Source: Octopus sinensis (Eukaryota). From it: DNA of 64,000 bases. Location of the stretch: NCBI RefSeq assembly GCF_006345805.1, contig NC_043006.1, positions 2,604,001 to 2,668,000 of the forward strand, read 5' to 3'. This document shows, piece after piece, positions 50,258-62,940 of the stretch. A program made the translations under genes and the position numbers. Each line of letters begins with the position of its first letter. Position 1 is the stretch's first letter. Under the pieces are notes generated by a model that was given only the letters and a program-made list of their open reading frames with translations, was not told the origin of the DNA and searched no databases.

Positions 50258-51154
50258 TCTACTTTTTTTGTTTTTTGTTGGTAGGGAGAAGGAACAGGAA
50301 GTATACATAGTATATGACAGGAGAGAAAGAGGGGAAAAATATTGATAGGGATGGGGTTCCCCTGATATGGGAGGACCTCTAGGGATAATCAAGGAACCCC
50401 ACCATCCAAGATCACCCTGAATACCAAGGAGGACCAAGCCCTCTCCAACTCCTTTCTTCCAAGTCACAGGTCTACACTGAGAGTGATACCATCCACTCTT
50501 GCCATTTTCACAACTTTCACCCATCTTTTCATAAATTCACTCAAGGACAGCACCTCCCCCTCCACTCTCACTTTCATTTTCAAGTGAAACTTGAAAAGGT
50601 CAGCAAAGGCCTTACCAAAGAGGAATACTTCTGCCCTCATTCCCTCCAGCCTCATCTAACAGACAAAGGAAAACTGCCTTGCCTGCCTCATTGAAGGAGG
50701 GTGGTGGGCCAATCATCATTGTGGACTTGGCTGATAGACGGATCCATGGCACATGCGACAGCAGCTGTTTGACATAACTCTGCAAATCAGCAATGCCTGG
50801 ACATTGAACAAGTGCATGCAAAAGGATTTGGTGGCTCTGCAAGAACCTCTGACCATCCTGTCTGGCAGCACATCTGTACCTGTAGAGTTTATTTTGTTTG
50901 AACCAGTAGCGATCCCTGGTAGCACTGAAGGCCAAACACACCTAAAAATTATCTATAATAGTCCCCAACCAGAAAGTCCTCGGGAACAGGCTTGCCAGTC
51001 CGTCTCTGTTAACACTTAGGGTTTCCCTGAGGACATTGTCACATTTCGCTGCTGCTAGTCCTCTGTATATAGCTAAAGTGGAACATCACCGATCCTAAGT
51101 ACCAAGCACCCAGACTTGGCCTGTCCTTTACCCAGAACTGCAGCTCCATCAAGG
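50258..51154 (-). mobile_element. Tx1/L1-clade LINE 3' portion (zf-RVT-like region, C-terminus, 3' UTR, A-rich tail)
   Basis: Minus-strand peptides YRGLAAAKCDNVLRETL, QCYQGSLLV..NKLYR, ILLHALVQCP and FKFHLKMKVRVEGEVLSLSEFMKRW, ending in an AACAAAAAACAAAAAAAG tail. Frameshifted. Confidence 0.75.
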
Positions 51155-51458
51155 AGACGAGCTTGGGAGGTTAAGCAGTTGTGGTCGATGAAAAAGTGGT
51201 AGTAGTACCAATAATTGTCAGAGCCCTGGGAACAGTGAGTAAAAATATTGAGAAGTACATGGAACAAATAGGGGTTGCAATAAGGGTGGAGCACTTGCAG
51301 AAAACAGCACTGCTTGGAACTGCTTGAATACTCCAGATGGTGCTCGAAAAATAAGGGTTCTCACCTTAGTTCACTGGTAGGGAACAGCTGGCACCGTAGT
51401 ACATCTCCAGCGATAGAAGCTGTGCAAAGACAATAAATAATAATTATAATAATAATAT
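51155..51458 (+). mobile_element. R4/Dong-like (RLE) non-LTR retrotransposon 3' end with (TAA)n tail
   Basis: VVVPIIVRALGTVSKNIEKY...LQKTALLGTA*ILQMVLEK*, the characteristic RLE-element C-terminus, then a short UTR and AATAATAATTATAATAATAAT. Confidence 0.75.
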
Positions 51459-51855
51459 TGGTTGCAAATTTTGGCACAGCCCAACAATTTCAAGGGGAAG
51501 GGATCTAAGTCAATTACATCGACCTCCAGTTCTCAACTGGTACTTATTTCATTGACCCCAAAGAGATGAAAGGCAATGTTGACCTTGGTGGAATTTGAAC
51601 TCAGAACATAAAGATGGATGAAATACAACTGAGCTTTTGCCCAGCATGCTAATGATTCGGCCGGCTCACCATCTTACTACTACTACTACTACTACTGCTG
51701 CTGCTGCTCCTGCTACTGCTACTGCTGCTGCTGCCACCATCACCACCATCACTGCAACTACTACTACTAGTACTTCTACTACTACCACCACCACCACCAC
51801 CACTACTACTACTACTATCACCACCACCACCACCACCACCACCACCACCACCAAC

Positions 51856-51900
<45 letters not shown>

Positions 51901-51910
51901 GCTACTACTG
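51459..51910. repeat. SINE family B (-, 51459-51675) followed by a compound (CTA)/(CTG)/(CCA) microsatellite
   Basis: Direct inspection; source of the poly-T, poly-S/G and poly-V pseudo-ORFs. Confidence 0.9.
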
Positions 51911-52246
51911 ATATGTGATACCATAGGAAGACAAAATGGAAGAGCCGACTAGAGAGAAGAGGAGACATGAGTGACAGAAAGGGGTCGCAAAATGTGTGAT
52001 GAAAGAACCCTGATAAATAAACTACTACTAATAATAATGGCAATAAAGCTAAAAGTGGAGATCAAATAAACAGTGTGTGTGTTTATTGGCGAAAGATGAC
52101 CATCCCCAGGTATAACAATATTTGTTTCAACACACCGTTTCACACCAAGAATTTTGCAAAACAAATATAGAAACATGTCTAATGATAATTTTCAAAGAAA
52201 GCAAAATTATGCTTGGCATGATAAATTTGTGGATTGTTCGTAAGTA

Positions 52247-52411
52247 GGCATAGGAGTGGCTGTGTTGTAAGTAGCTTGCTTACCAACCACATGGTTCCGG
52301 GTTCAATCCCACTGCGTGGCACCTTGGGAAAGTGTCTTCTACTATAGCCTTGGGCCGACCAAAGCCATGTGAGTGGATTTGGTAGATGGAAACTGAAAGA
52401 AGCCCATCGTA

Positions 52412-52449
<38 letters not shown>

Positions 52450-52651
52450 ATTGAGGTAATCAGATCAGATGGTTCATATTTGTAGATATTTATTTATATA
52501 TTACATTTTTTACATATATATCATATCATTCGGATTAGCGCTTGCTCCCATTCTAGTGGGTTTTCAAATCAAATCAGTTGTGGGTAGTTTGAACCTTTTT
52601 ATAGTTTCGTAGTAGTGGTTGAGGAGGAAGTGAGGCAGAGAGAAAATATGT

Positions 52652-52689
<38 letters not shown>

Positions 52690-52826
52690 GTGTGTGTGTG
52701 TGTGCGCATTTATATCTGAGAGTGAAGAAGTGTTATTTCCGTTGGTCTGCTGGACCCCCTGTGGTTTTATAAGAACTTTGGCTGTCCATTTCAATATATA
52801 TATATATATATTGGCTGTCCATTTCA

Positions 52827-52874
<48 letters not shown>

Positions 52875-53090
52875 ATATGCTTGTGTGTCTGTGTTTGTCC
52901 CCCTAGCATTGCTTGGCAACCGATGCTGGTGTGTTTAGGTCCTCGTAACTTAGCGGTTCAGCAAAAGAGTCCGATAGAATAAGTACTTGGCTTACAAAGA
53001 ATAAGTCCTCGGGTCTATTTGATTCAACTAAAGGCGGTGCTCCAGCATGGCCACTGTCAAATGACTGAAACAAGTAAAAGGGTAAAAGAA
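52247..53090 (+). mobile_element. SINE family A split by ~400 bp of extra sequence inside its internal microsatellite
   Basis: Head 52247-52410 and tail 52870-53090. The intervening segment includes a duplicated TTGGCTGTCCATTTCAATATATA (52778 and 52811). Confidence 0.8.
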
Positions 53091-53372
53091 TACATCTTGA
53101 TGATGTAGATTACAATTAGTTGCTTTGATATTACCTGTAGATCTGGCAGCTGTTAAGGGTCACTCTCCTACAATGCTAAACAGAAGCTAAATTTATTTTG
53201 TTGGAACTGTTTAAAGGACTTTGTTCATGCATGTATGTAGCCAGATTTAGTACCTAAAAAAAAAAAAAAAGGGCAGTGGAATTACTGCATCATCATCATC
53301 ATCACCGGAGACTCTACTTGCTTATATTTATGTTCCTACCTTCGAATTCTATTGGTGTTTATTTTATAATTG

Positions 53373-53909
53373 ACTAGCAGTATCGCCCAGCACTGCTTGG
53401 GTTTGTAAGGGAAATAACTATATAAGCATTTTTAGAGAGTTATAGCCAAAAAATAGCAAAAAAAATGCATTAAAAATGGAAAAAAAATTATGGTAAATTT
53501 TTTTTTAAATTGTTGACTCATTGTAGACATTTTCTGTTTTGGTGTCTTCAAGCCATGAAGTCGTTGTTCTAAAAGAACGCTGGTCTCCTTGACAACGCTT
53601 TACGACGTTGATTTCCTTACACTCCCTTCCCCACAGCTTCACAGGTGCAGGCGTGAGCGTGGACGCCAACTCCACCGCCATCGATACACGAAAAAATATG
53701 CATTAAAATGGAATAAAAAATGATGTTAAATTATTTTTTAAATCGTAGACTCATCATAGACGCGCGCTAATACTCAGACGGGCTCGATATGAATCACGAC
53801 TATAAGATACCCGGTTTTGGTTAAACTGCACCGCAAAATGTGGGAGTAGTTAGGAATCTAAATCGAAGGGGACAGACACTCACACAACTACAGTTTTATA
53901 TATATAGAT
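53373..53909 (+). mobile_element. Non-autonomous Helitron/Helentron-like element
   Basis: Begins ACTAGCAGTATCGCCCAGC and ends CACACAACTACAGTTTTATATATATAGAT, termini recalled for invertebrate Helitron-like repeats. CpG-rich body with an internal ~70-nt direct repeat (53460-53528 vs 53691-53760). Confidence 0.6.
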
Positions 53910-53924
53910 TAAAATTGCTTCTGA

Positions 53925-54352
53925 TATTATCTTTGAATTTAAGGCAGTGAGCTGGCAGAATTGTTAGCACACTCAGTGGCACTTTGTCCATCTCTATGTT
54001 CTGGGTTCAAATTCCGCTGAGGTCAAATTTGCCTTTCGTCTTTTCAAAGTTGATAAAATAAGTACCAGTTAAATAAGTACCGGATGTAATCGACTTAGCC
54101 CTTTCCTTAAATTGCTGGCCTTGTGACAAAATTTGAAACCAATGTTATCTATGAATTTAAGGTGGTGAGCTGGCAGAATCTTTAGCATGCCCTGCAAAAA
54201 TACTTAGCTGCATTTTGTCTGTCTTCACCTTTTGACAGAAAGACACCGAAGTCAACTTTGCCTTCAGGTTGATGTAACTGTCTTAACTCCTCCCCTGAAA
54301 TTGCTGGCTGTGTGCCAAAATTTGAAACCAATATTATCTTTGAATTAAAAGG
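53925..54352 (+). mobile_element. Head-to-tail SINE family B dimer with a repeated flanking spacer
   Basis: AT(A/G)TTATCT(T/A)TGAATT(T/A)AA(A)GG occurs at ~53925, ~54143 and ~54331, bracketing two SINE copies. Confidence 0.8.
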
Positions 54353-54907
54353 ATAATTACATAAAAAAAAAACTTACCTTTTTTTTATATATTATTTGTT
54401 CATTTCAGTTATTTTAAAACTAAAATTGTTTTCAATAATTTTTTTTACATTTTAAAGCTCTTCTTCTAAAGGATTATAGCATTTAGACTCTGAGTTTGGG
54501 ATTTACTGCTTTCTACTGCACAACACATCTTTATAAAAGTTAGCTCTGAGTATATTTTTGCCATTTTTCATCTCTATCCTACTGATTCTTGGCTAACATT
54601 GTGAGTGAAGTCTGTACATTATTAATGCTTCATTTCAAATAGAGAATTGCTCACTTATTTATGACTAGAAAAAAAAAAAAACACTTGAAAAACTGTTTTC
54701 TTTTTTTAATCCTGAAACATCAAAAAGAAAAGATTTACTGCAAATCTAGAGTATGTAACAGATTGCTCCAATGTAATTTTTGGCATGACGAAACAAGTTT
54801 TATCATTTTGCTTGAAGCTATTGGAATAAACAACCAAGAAAAAGCATTAAAAACATAATCTTCATTACACCCATTCAACTTGAATCGTTATGATATTCTC
54901 TCTCTCC

Positions 54908-54946
<39 letters not shown>

Positions 54947-55349
54947 TTTTCCAATGTATCTATGTCTCTTCTAAAACAGACTCTTTCTCCAACCTACCTC
55001 CTCTCAGTCCCTTCTTCTCTATTAGTATTCTCTCCTTTCCACTTCCTCTCTCTCTCTCTCTCTCTCTCTTTTTGTTAATACCTTCTCCCAGCACTATTTA
55101 ATTCTAAGAACAAAACCATTAATCAGATGATGCCTTGCAACAACATTTGGCATGGAAATTTCATTAATAATGTGTGTGTGTGTACATATATATATATACA
55201 TGTGTGTGTGTGTGTGTGTTTGTGTATGTGTATGTATGTTTGATTAGGGAGTCAACAATTCATGTAGGACTCAATATATTTGGATTGGAGAGTGTATAAA
55301 AAAATATATGTGTGAGCAGTTTTATATATGAGACATATTTCATGTCTGT

Positions 55350-55900
55350 TTCTTTGAAAGCCTTCTATTTTTATACTCTAATTTGGAGCTATGAATTTTG
55401 CAAAAAGATTCACTATTGTCATTGACCAATAGGTAAGTATCCTAATTCTCTTCTGTTCTATAATAATTAATGAAATCAATTGGAAATTATCAGCTTTTTG
55501 ACACAAACATGGGATGAAATGCCAATGCAATGATATATAAACTAATTGGACTGAACATACTAGAAACGGTATATTCAGCCACAATAGAATAGGACTCTAC
55601 AGAGATGATGGTCTAGCAGTATCTAAAAACATGAATTAGATTCATTTAGGAAAAACTTAATAAATGCCATCAAGAATTCAATCTCAAAATAACCATTCAA
55701 ACTCATGTACTTTCTGTAAATTTCCTAGACATAATGCCGAAACTAATCACCAAAAAATGCTACCCTTTCAGAAAATTGAGCCAAGTGCTACAAGATATAA
55801 ACATTCCAAAGGAACCCTTTTGCTCACTCTCAATAATAATAAAAATATCCCCTGTAAGCAATATATATTTACATTTCTGAGTATGTTTTTGTATGTAAAT
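55350..55900 (+). pseudogene. Penelope-like element RT remnant
   Basis: KPSI...AMNFAKRF, LFDTNMG, RIGLYRDDGLAV and EFNLKITIQT..SVNFLDI...PFRK are PLE RT motifs. Multiple stops and frameshifts. Confidence 0.8.
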
Positions 55901-56381
55901 TCTTATCTCTGAGTATATGAAGCAGTAATTAATTTTTCTCATGAAGACTGCTTTATGATCTTTTATAGTTACATATGCTTCCCTTGGGTAGGCATTCTGT
56001 CCTATTGTTCATCTTAATTCTTTTGGATATTAACATAACTTTTTTATTGATGCCATAGTATATCTTATTGCTAGTTTATGCATTTTGTCTTTCTTAGCTT
56101 TAATTTATTAATTGGTTATATTTGTCATTATCTATTTTTTTATTGGCTGGTTACTAGATATTAGTTTTATCTATAAAAAACAGCAACAGCTTATTTCTGG
56201 AGGTTTTAATTGTTAGGTTGGAGCATTTAAAGAAACTTGTATATACCCAATCAACAGCACTTTAATCTTATCAGAAATAAGGTATGTAACTATCACCATA
56301 ATGAGAAAAATTCTGATGCAGGATAATGGTTTGAGCATGTGAAAGAAAGAGACAAAATGTCTGCATGAATTACATTGAGAC

Positions 56382-56415
<34 letters not shown>

Positions 56416-57419
56416 CCAGCTCACATTTAGGGGACATACAAGAACTCAAAACTCAAAAATAGTTGATACCGAAGGAAAAGGTTAAATTTTGAATTATTTT
56501 CATACAACCTATACACATATATAATTTAATGATAATCATACCAATAAACAATACTTATGACTCTTGAGTTTTGTGTAAAGTTGGTGGCCCCTATGCTCAT
56601 CAAATGTGTACATTATGCAGATGGCTGCTGCCGAAGTCCTGCACACAAAACTTTTGGGGAAAGTAAATTAAAAAACATTTTTTATAGCATAGAATGTTGT
56701 CAGTATTATGAGTTAATTGTGTAGGGGTTATAACTTATGGCTGAGGATTGAAGAACTATTTCTCTGGCAAGGGAAAAATTAGCATAAAAAAATGCAGGCT
56801 GTGTTTTGTCTCACAACCAGGAAGTACTAAAATGCCAAATCGGAGAGGTTGACATCTTGTATACATGGGTGGATGTATATTCTCAGATATTGGTCTAAGT
56901 CACTATAAGGATTTCAACACCAGTACCACCTCTCCGTCACTTCTCGCAGTTTGTACAACCATTCATTCTTTTAATATTTCAGTCCCTCATTCTTTTATTC
57001 CTTTGTTCTTTCATCTGTCTCATTTTCCTACCCCTCTTACTTTTCGGTCCCTCCCTTTTCTCTTTCTTTCTCTCCCTACACTTACAATTTGTGGTTGAGA
57101 GAAACGGATTATACATATCATTTGTTTGGTGGGAGAAGCCTTGGAACCAAACATTTTTAGGAATGTTAGCAACACTTCAATAATTCAAATTTTTGGTTTA
57201 AAACCGATTCCTCTTGAAATAGGATAAAAAATACTTTTCACTTAAACATAAAGAAGTGGTGGTATGAGCTTGCTCTTTCTGAAATGGTTTTTGAAAAGAG
57301 TCCAATCTAATTCTTTCAATACACATATGAATTTGAACAGACTAATCAAATGCAGGAAAAGGGTGCACAAAACATGCACACAATAGGGTGTTTGGTCGAC
57401 TGACAGAAGCGACAGAATT

Positions 57420-57842
57420 AAAGGGGTGATGACGTGTACCTGTGCCAGTGACACGTAAAAGGCACCTGTGCCTGGGACATGTAAAGGCCACCTGTGCGAG
57501 GGACATGTAAAAGGCACCTATGATGGTGACATGTAAAAGGCACCTGTGCCAGTCACACATACAAGGTATCTGTGCTGGTGACACATAAAAGGGCACCCAT
57601 GCCAGTGACACATAAAAGGGCACCCATGCCAGTGACACATAAAAGGGCATCCATGCTGGCGACATGTAAAAGACACTCAGTACACACTTTGTAAAGTGGT
57701 TGGTGTTAGGAAGGGCATCCTGCTGTAGAAACCAAGCCAAAATGGATGAGTGGTGCCTGGTGCAGTTCACTGGCTGACCAGCTCCAGTCAAACTCCCTAA
57801 CCCATGCCAGCATGGAAAATGGACGTCAAATGATGACAACAG

Positions 57843-57875
<33 letters not shown>
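57420..57875 (+). mobile_element. RTE 3'-end copy with a 9-unit 26-27-bp tandem array (57439-57675) and (GAT)n tail
   Basis: Units such as CCTGTGCCAGTGACACGTAAAAGGCA, followed by AGGAAGGGCATCC...CCATGCCAGCATGGAAAATGGACGTCAAATGATGA. Confidence 0.9.
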
Positions 57876-57876
<1 letters not shown>

Positions 57877-60036
57877 AAGTGTTTAGAATTGCTTGCAAAA
57901 CATGATGTGTGTATAAGGAGTATGATGCTATGTAACATTGAATGTGGATGGTTTGTAGAGGCTCTGCAAGGATTTTGCTAAATGTGATTTGTTGGCTGTA
58001 CAGCATCAGCTTGCATCAAAGCTGGACGGCAAGTGGAATGAGAAAGCAGCTGGCCTCAGTGGTTTTCTACGATATGTGAAGAAGGAGCAACTGCTCTAAT
58101 ACTATGTAATGTACCTGTGGCAGAGGAAGACCAAAGAATACATTAGAAGACAAAAAATAATTGAAATTAGATTCAGGTCTCACAGATGAGTCAAGAATGA
58201 TATTACATACAGCACTATTGTCCATTTATTATTATTATTATTATTAAGATGATGACGATTACAATAAATATTATAACTGAAAGGTACATACAATACAAAT
58301 ATAAATATTAAATTTTAAAAAACTACGGCATCCAAAAAAAATGGAAGTTTTAAAAATTCCAAGTCCAAATCTGTTGAGAACTTAGTATCTACCAAAGTTG
58401 ATTGAAACATTTGTCTTGCATCAGTTCTTTTCACGATAGCATACTCAGGAGATATCTTTATATATATATATTGTGTCTTTATGACATTTTCTGTGGTTTA
58501 AAATTGTTTAGCAATAACTACACATCCAAGAAGTATTCATTACAGTAATTTAAATAACTAATTATAAGAAACATTTATTTATGGTCTATTTTTGTTTTTA
58601 CCATGATTTGTATATAGACCAATGTATACTTTTGTCAATCATGGTTCCATTAAATCCTGTAGTCTCATCAAGTTCAATAGATTTGTGTATTTACTTATGA
58701 TTTGTTGGTACAATTGTTTCAACTGCTTGCAGTCCTTCTTTTCTATAAATCAACAAAGAAATAAGAGTAGTTTCTATTTTCATTTAAACAGACTGATGAA
58801 AGCAGGCTAAGATGTCTTGCTGGCACAATAATGGCTTGAATGGATTCAAGTCCAGTTAAAGCTAAATTTGGAATCATTAGAGAAATAATCTTGCATCTTC
58901 CATATGATTTATTTCTGACTTTAAAATTATTGCAAAAATGGCTCAGAATAACATGTCAGGGTGTTCTACAAGTACTATTACCATTTTATATAAAGATGTG
59001 AAAAAATACTAACAAATATTTCAAATAAATATTAGGTAATTATTGCAAAATGACCTAATATTAAAATTGAAATATTAAAATTAAAAAATTAACATATTAA
59101 TATTAAAATATTAAATGCATTATTTTGTCATATAAATTATATTTTTTCTTTATAGTTAAACCATTTTCAAATGGAAAATAAATTCAAGTAAGTAAAATTT
59201 AAGTTGTATCAGGAGTTATTTACAAGAAAGTTTATCAAAAACTTTTAAAAACCTAGACAGACAAATCATAATTTCTAAAACTATGCAAAGTGAATTGTTG
59301 ATGTCAAAAATGGCAAACTGATTTCTTTAGAAAATCTGGAAAAAGATTGATTAGCTATCTATCAAAGATGAGTAAAATGCCATCAAGTTAGCAGAAGTTT
59401 TTGAAGTTGAGGATTTTCTGTCAATACTAAGTTGTCGATAGCCCTTGTAATGTTGCTGTATTGTGTTGTGAGAATCTAAGTCAGTTTCTTTATGTACAGT
59501 ATAATGTTGTCAGCATAGTGTTGAAGACGAGATCTCATTGTCATTGGAAGCTTTCAAAAAGCTAAAGTGTTAAGTGAATGATTGCAGTGAACTTTTCAAT
59601 ATCTTAAAATTTATTGTTATTTAACCTTTTAGCTCTTGGTGACACATAAGGACTACTTAGTAAATTTTGAATATGACAAAATATTTGCTTGAGAAAGGAG
59701 TTCTTTGCTAAAAAGTAAGTTTTCCCAAATCCTAAGTTATTATATTCAGTAACTTCACATAGTTTTTATCTGCATAGGAGTTTTCACAAAAACGAAAGTT
59801 TAACCTGGTCAAGTTCTGTCTTTACTTTTAAATTATGGCTATCTTCTATCTTTTGCTTGTTTTGGCCATTAGACTGTGACCATACTCTGGTTCTGCCTTG
59901 AGGGTTTATGTAAAATGGAATACTGACCCCAGTTTTTTTTAAGCTTATGTCCTTCTTTGCCATATGGGGATGTGAACAAACCATCATCAGTCGTCAAGTG
60001 GTGGTGGGTGATAAACACAAAGCTGCATGCAAATAG

Positions 60037-60039
<3 letters not shown>

Positions 60040-60073
<34 letters not shown>

Positions 60074-60210
60074 AATATATACTACAGGCTTCTTCCAGTT
60101 TCTCTCTACCAAATCCACTAACAAGGCTTTGGTCAACCCAGGGCTATGGCAGAAGGACTGAAGCTAGAACCATATAGTTGGGAACTTCTTACCACACAAC
60201 CACACCTGCA
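60040..60210 (-). mobile_element. SINE family A, head half
   Basis: Reverse of the GGCTTTGGTCAACCCAGGGCTATGGCAG...CTTACCACACAACC segment. Confidence 0.7.
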
Positions 60211-60269
60211 CCTAAGAAATGAGGTCTCACTGAGTTAGTGATAAAAAATCGCTACTACTTTGCCACCAA

Positions 60270-60837
60270 TCATCCTCATCATCCTCATCATCATCACCAT
60301 TGTTTAATGTCTATCTTCCATACATGCATGGGTAGAACAGTTGACAGGAGCTGGTCAGGTAGAAAAACCACCCTAAGCTACTCTGTCTGTTTTGGCAGGG
60401 ATTTTACAGCTGGATGCTCTTCCTAACACCAACCACTCTGCAGAGTGGACCTAATGCTTTTTATGTGGCACTAGCACAGGTGAGGTTAATTTTGGCATGA
60501 TTTTTGCACCTGAATGCCTTTGCAAATGCCATCCACATTACAGTGTGGATGGGATACTTTTAACATGGCACCAGCACTGGTTGGGTAACCAAGTAACTTG
60601 CAAGATAAGGAATTATGAGAGGGGAGGGGGGCATTTGAGGAGGGGAACTTGTGTCAGAAGATGAAAGGTTAGAGTGTGACAAAGAGACCGAGAGGCAGAA
60701 GCAGGTGTCTTACTACAACAGTGGTGGTGGGGCATTAGAAGTGGTGATGCAGTTTGAGATGCAGAAAGGTTGGGGTGTAACAGAGAAATAGCGAGGCAGA
60801 AAATGGTATCTTGCTATAGGGGAGGTACATGGTTACC

Positions 60838-60878
<41 letters not shown>

Positions 60879-62940
60879 GGAGAGGTACAAGGAAGAGGCC
60901 AGAAATGAGTTTGCTGATGTAAAGGAGATACTTGGTTACCTAGTCAGAGGAAAAACAAAAGGAGAGAGAGAGAGTGTGTGATCAAGGGAAAGAGAAAGAG
61001 AGGGAGTAGGAAACAGCAGAAGTGCAAGGGAGAGCAGAAGAGAGATGGTGTAAAGTCACAAGTAACAAGGATCTGAACATAGAATCTGGGTAGAAAAATA
61101 GGGTGTGGGTGTTGGGGGTGGGGGAGCAGTGAGGGCAAGAAAGGGGATTGGAAAAAAATTGTAGTTTATGAAGAGGAAATGTGAGGAAGAGACAGATGCA
61201 GCTTCGAAGATTTGTAGTTTGGTTTCTTAGAGTAGAGTGGGTGAAAAGTGTGTTGTTACATGTGGGTGGGACACAGTTCTTCTAGCACCCAGTTTTGTGG
61301 ATGGGTCTTCTCTAGACCCTCATATCACCTAATGTTTTGGTCTATATTCATTTCCTTTATGAGCCCCAACATCCTAAGATTGGTCCTCACCATTTCTTCC
61401 CATGTCTTCCTGGGTCTCCCTCTTCCACACGTACCATCCACTTTCAGTGACAAGCACTTCTGTATACAGCTGTCTTCACTCATACGCATCGCATCTCCAA
61501 ACCAACGCATTCTCCTCTCCTGCATACCACATTTAATCCTTCTTCTTATTCCTAACTTTTCTCTCAACATAGTTGTGCTTTGTTGGTCATGCACATTGAT
61601 TTTGCAAATCCAATGGAGCATACTACTTTCATTCCTCTCCTGTTTATGTATGTCTTCAGCAGTTAAAGCCCATGTCGCACTATACCATGTAACATAGCCG
61701 TTCTCACACAAGTATCATACAATCTACCTTTCACTCTGAGAGATAATCCTTTTGCTGCCAACAGAGATAACAGTTCTCTGAACTTCCTCCATCCTATTCT
61801 TATTCTAGAAACAATACTTTCAGAGCATTCACCACCATTACTAATTTGGTCACCTAAAATATCAGAAGCTATCTACTATGCAAAGACAGCCTCCTGTGCA
61901 TTTGAGAGACTTTAAGTCCCTCATATACTTAGTACCTATTGTTCCTGTGCATCTGCCACACACGAAAGTGACCTTATCTGATAACCCACCCACAATTCCA
62001 CTGCATCTCTTATGTGTCCAAAGCTTACATGTGGTGCAGTCAATGGAATTATGTCCTACTCCTTTCCTACATCTTGAGCAGGGCCATTTACCAGTTGGAA
62101 TGAGAGTCTTATCTCCTTTCTCACTAACAACAACTTTAGTTTTAGCTAAATTAACTCCCAGGCCCTTTGATTTCAGGTTTTGCTTCCAAACCTGGAGCTT
62201 CTCCAATTCTCAGCATATAGTAGTTCCCATAGGCATCCAGTTTTGAATTCGTCTGTTATGGCCTGAAGACCTATAATAAATAAGAGTGGACTAAGAACTG
62301 AACCCTAGTGTACTCCAATTTGTACATTAAATTCATCACTGTATTCAAGGCCAACTCTCACCTTACTAACAGCATCGCTGAACATGGCTTGAACAGCTCT
62401 AACAAGCCACTCCTCTGTTCCTAGCTTCCTTAGAGACCACCAAATCAGAGAGTGGGGAACCCTGTCGAAAGCTTTCTCCACGTCAACGAAGGCTAAATAC
62501 AATGGCTTACTTTTGGCCAAATACTTTTCTTGCAACTGTCTCACTATGAAGATGGCATCTGTGGTACTTCTCCCTGGAATAAAACCAAACTGCATCTCAT
62601 CTAGTTCAATTCTATCCCTAATCAGTTGAGATACAACTCTCTCTGTAATTTTCATAACCGGGTCCAGCAGTTTGATACCTCTGTAGTTGTTTCTATCTAA
62701 GGCATCACCTTTACTCTTGAAGCAGCTGACTATAATACTGTTACACCAGTCTTTGGGGATGATGCCTTCCTGAATAACATGATTAAATATGCAAATGACT
62801 AGGCTGTGTCCCACACCACCGGATATTTTAAACCCCTCGGCAGTGATACCCGATGGTCCAGGAGCTTTCCCAGTCTTCACTTTCTTAATTGCCTCATCTA
62901 TTTTGCTGCTATCAACTCTAATATTATTCTAATTTTCTAG
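60270..62940 (-). mobile_element. Older RTE-clade LINE copy with 3' UTR and (GAT)n tail, internally deleted
   Basis: ORFs 62305..62880 (KTGKAPGPSGITAE...FVDVEKAFDRVPH), 61862..62206 and 61325..61711 (WFGDAMRM...GRGRPRKTW). The tail at 60270-60560 matches the RTE-end consensus. Confidence 0.9.

Noticed and set aside
51637-52043. Poly-T, poly-S/G and poly-V ORFs resembling mucin or glycine-rich proteins (also 15168-15693, 34971-36968)
   Set aside because: They are trinucleotide microsatellites open in several frames on both strands.
57342-57938. 198-aa ORF with PFYVSLAWV repeats; the 57439-57675 array as a possible CRISPR
   Set aside because: It is the antisense reading of the RTE 3'-UTR module array. 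Units are contiguous and degenerate with no unique spacers, and there are no cas genes.
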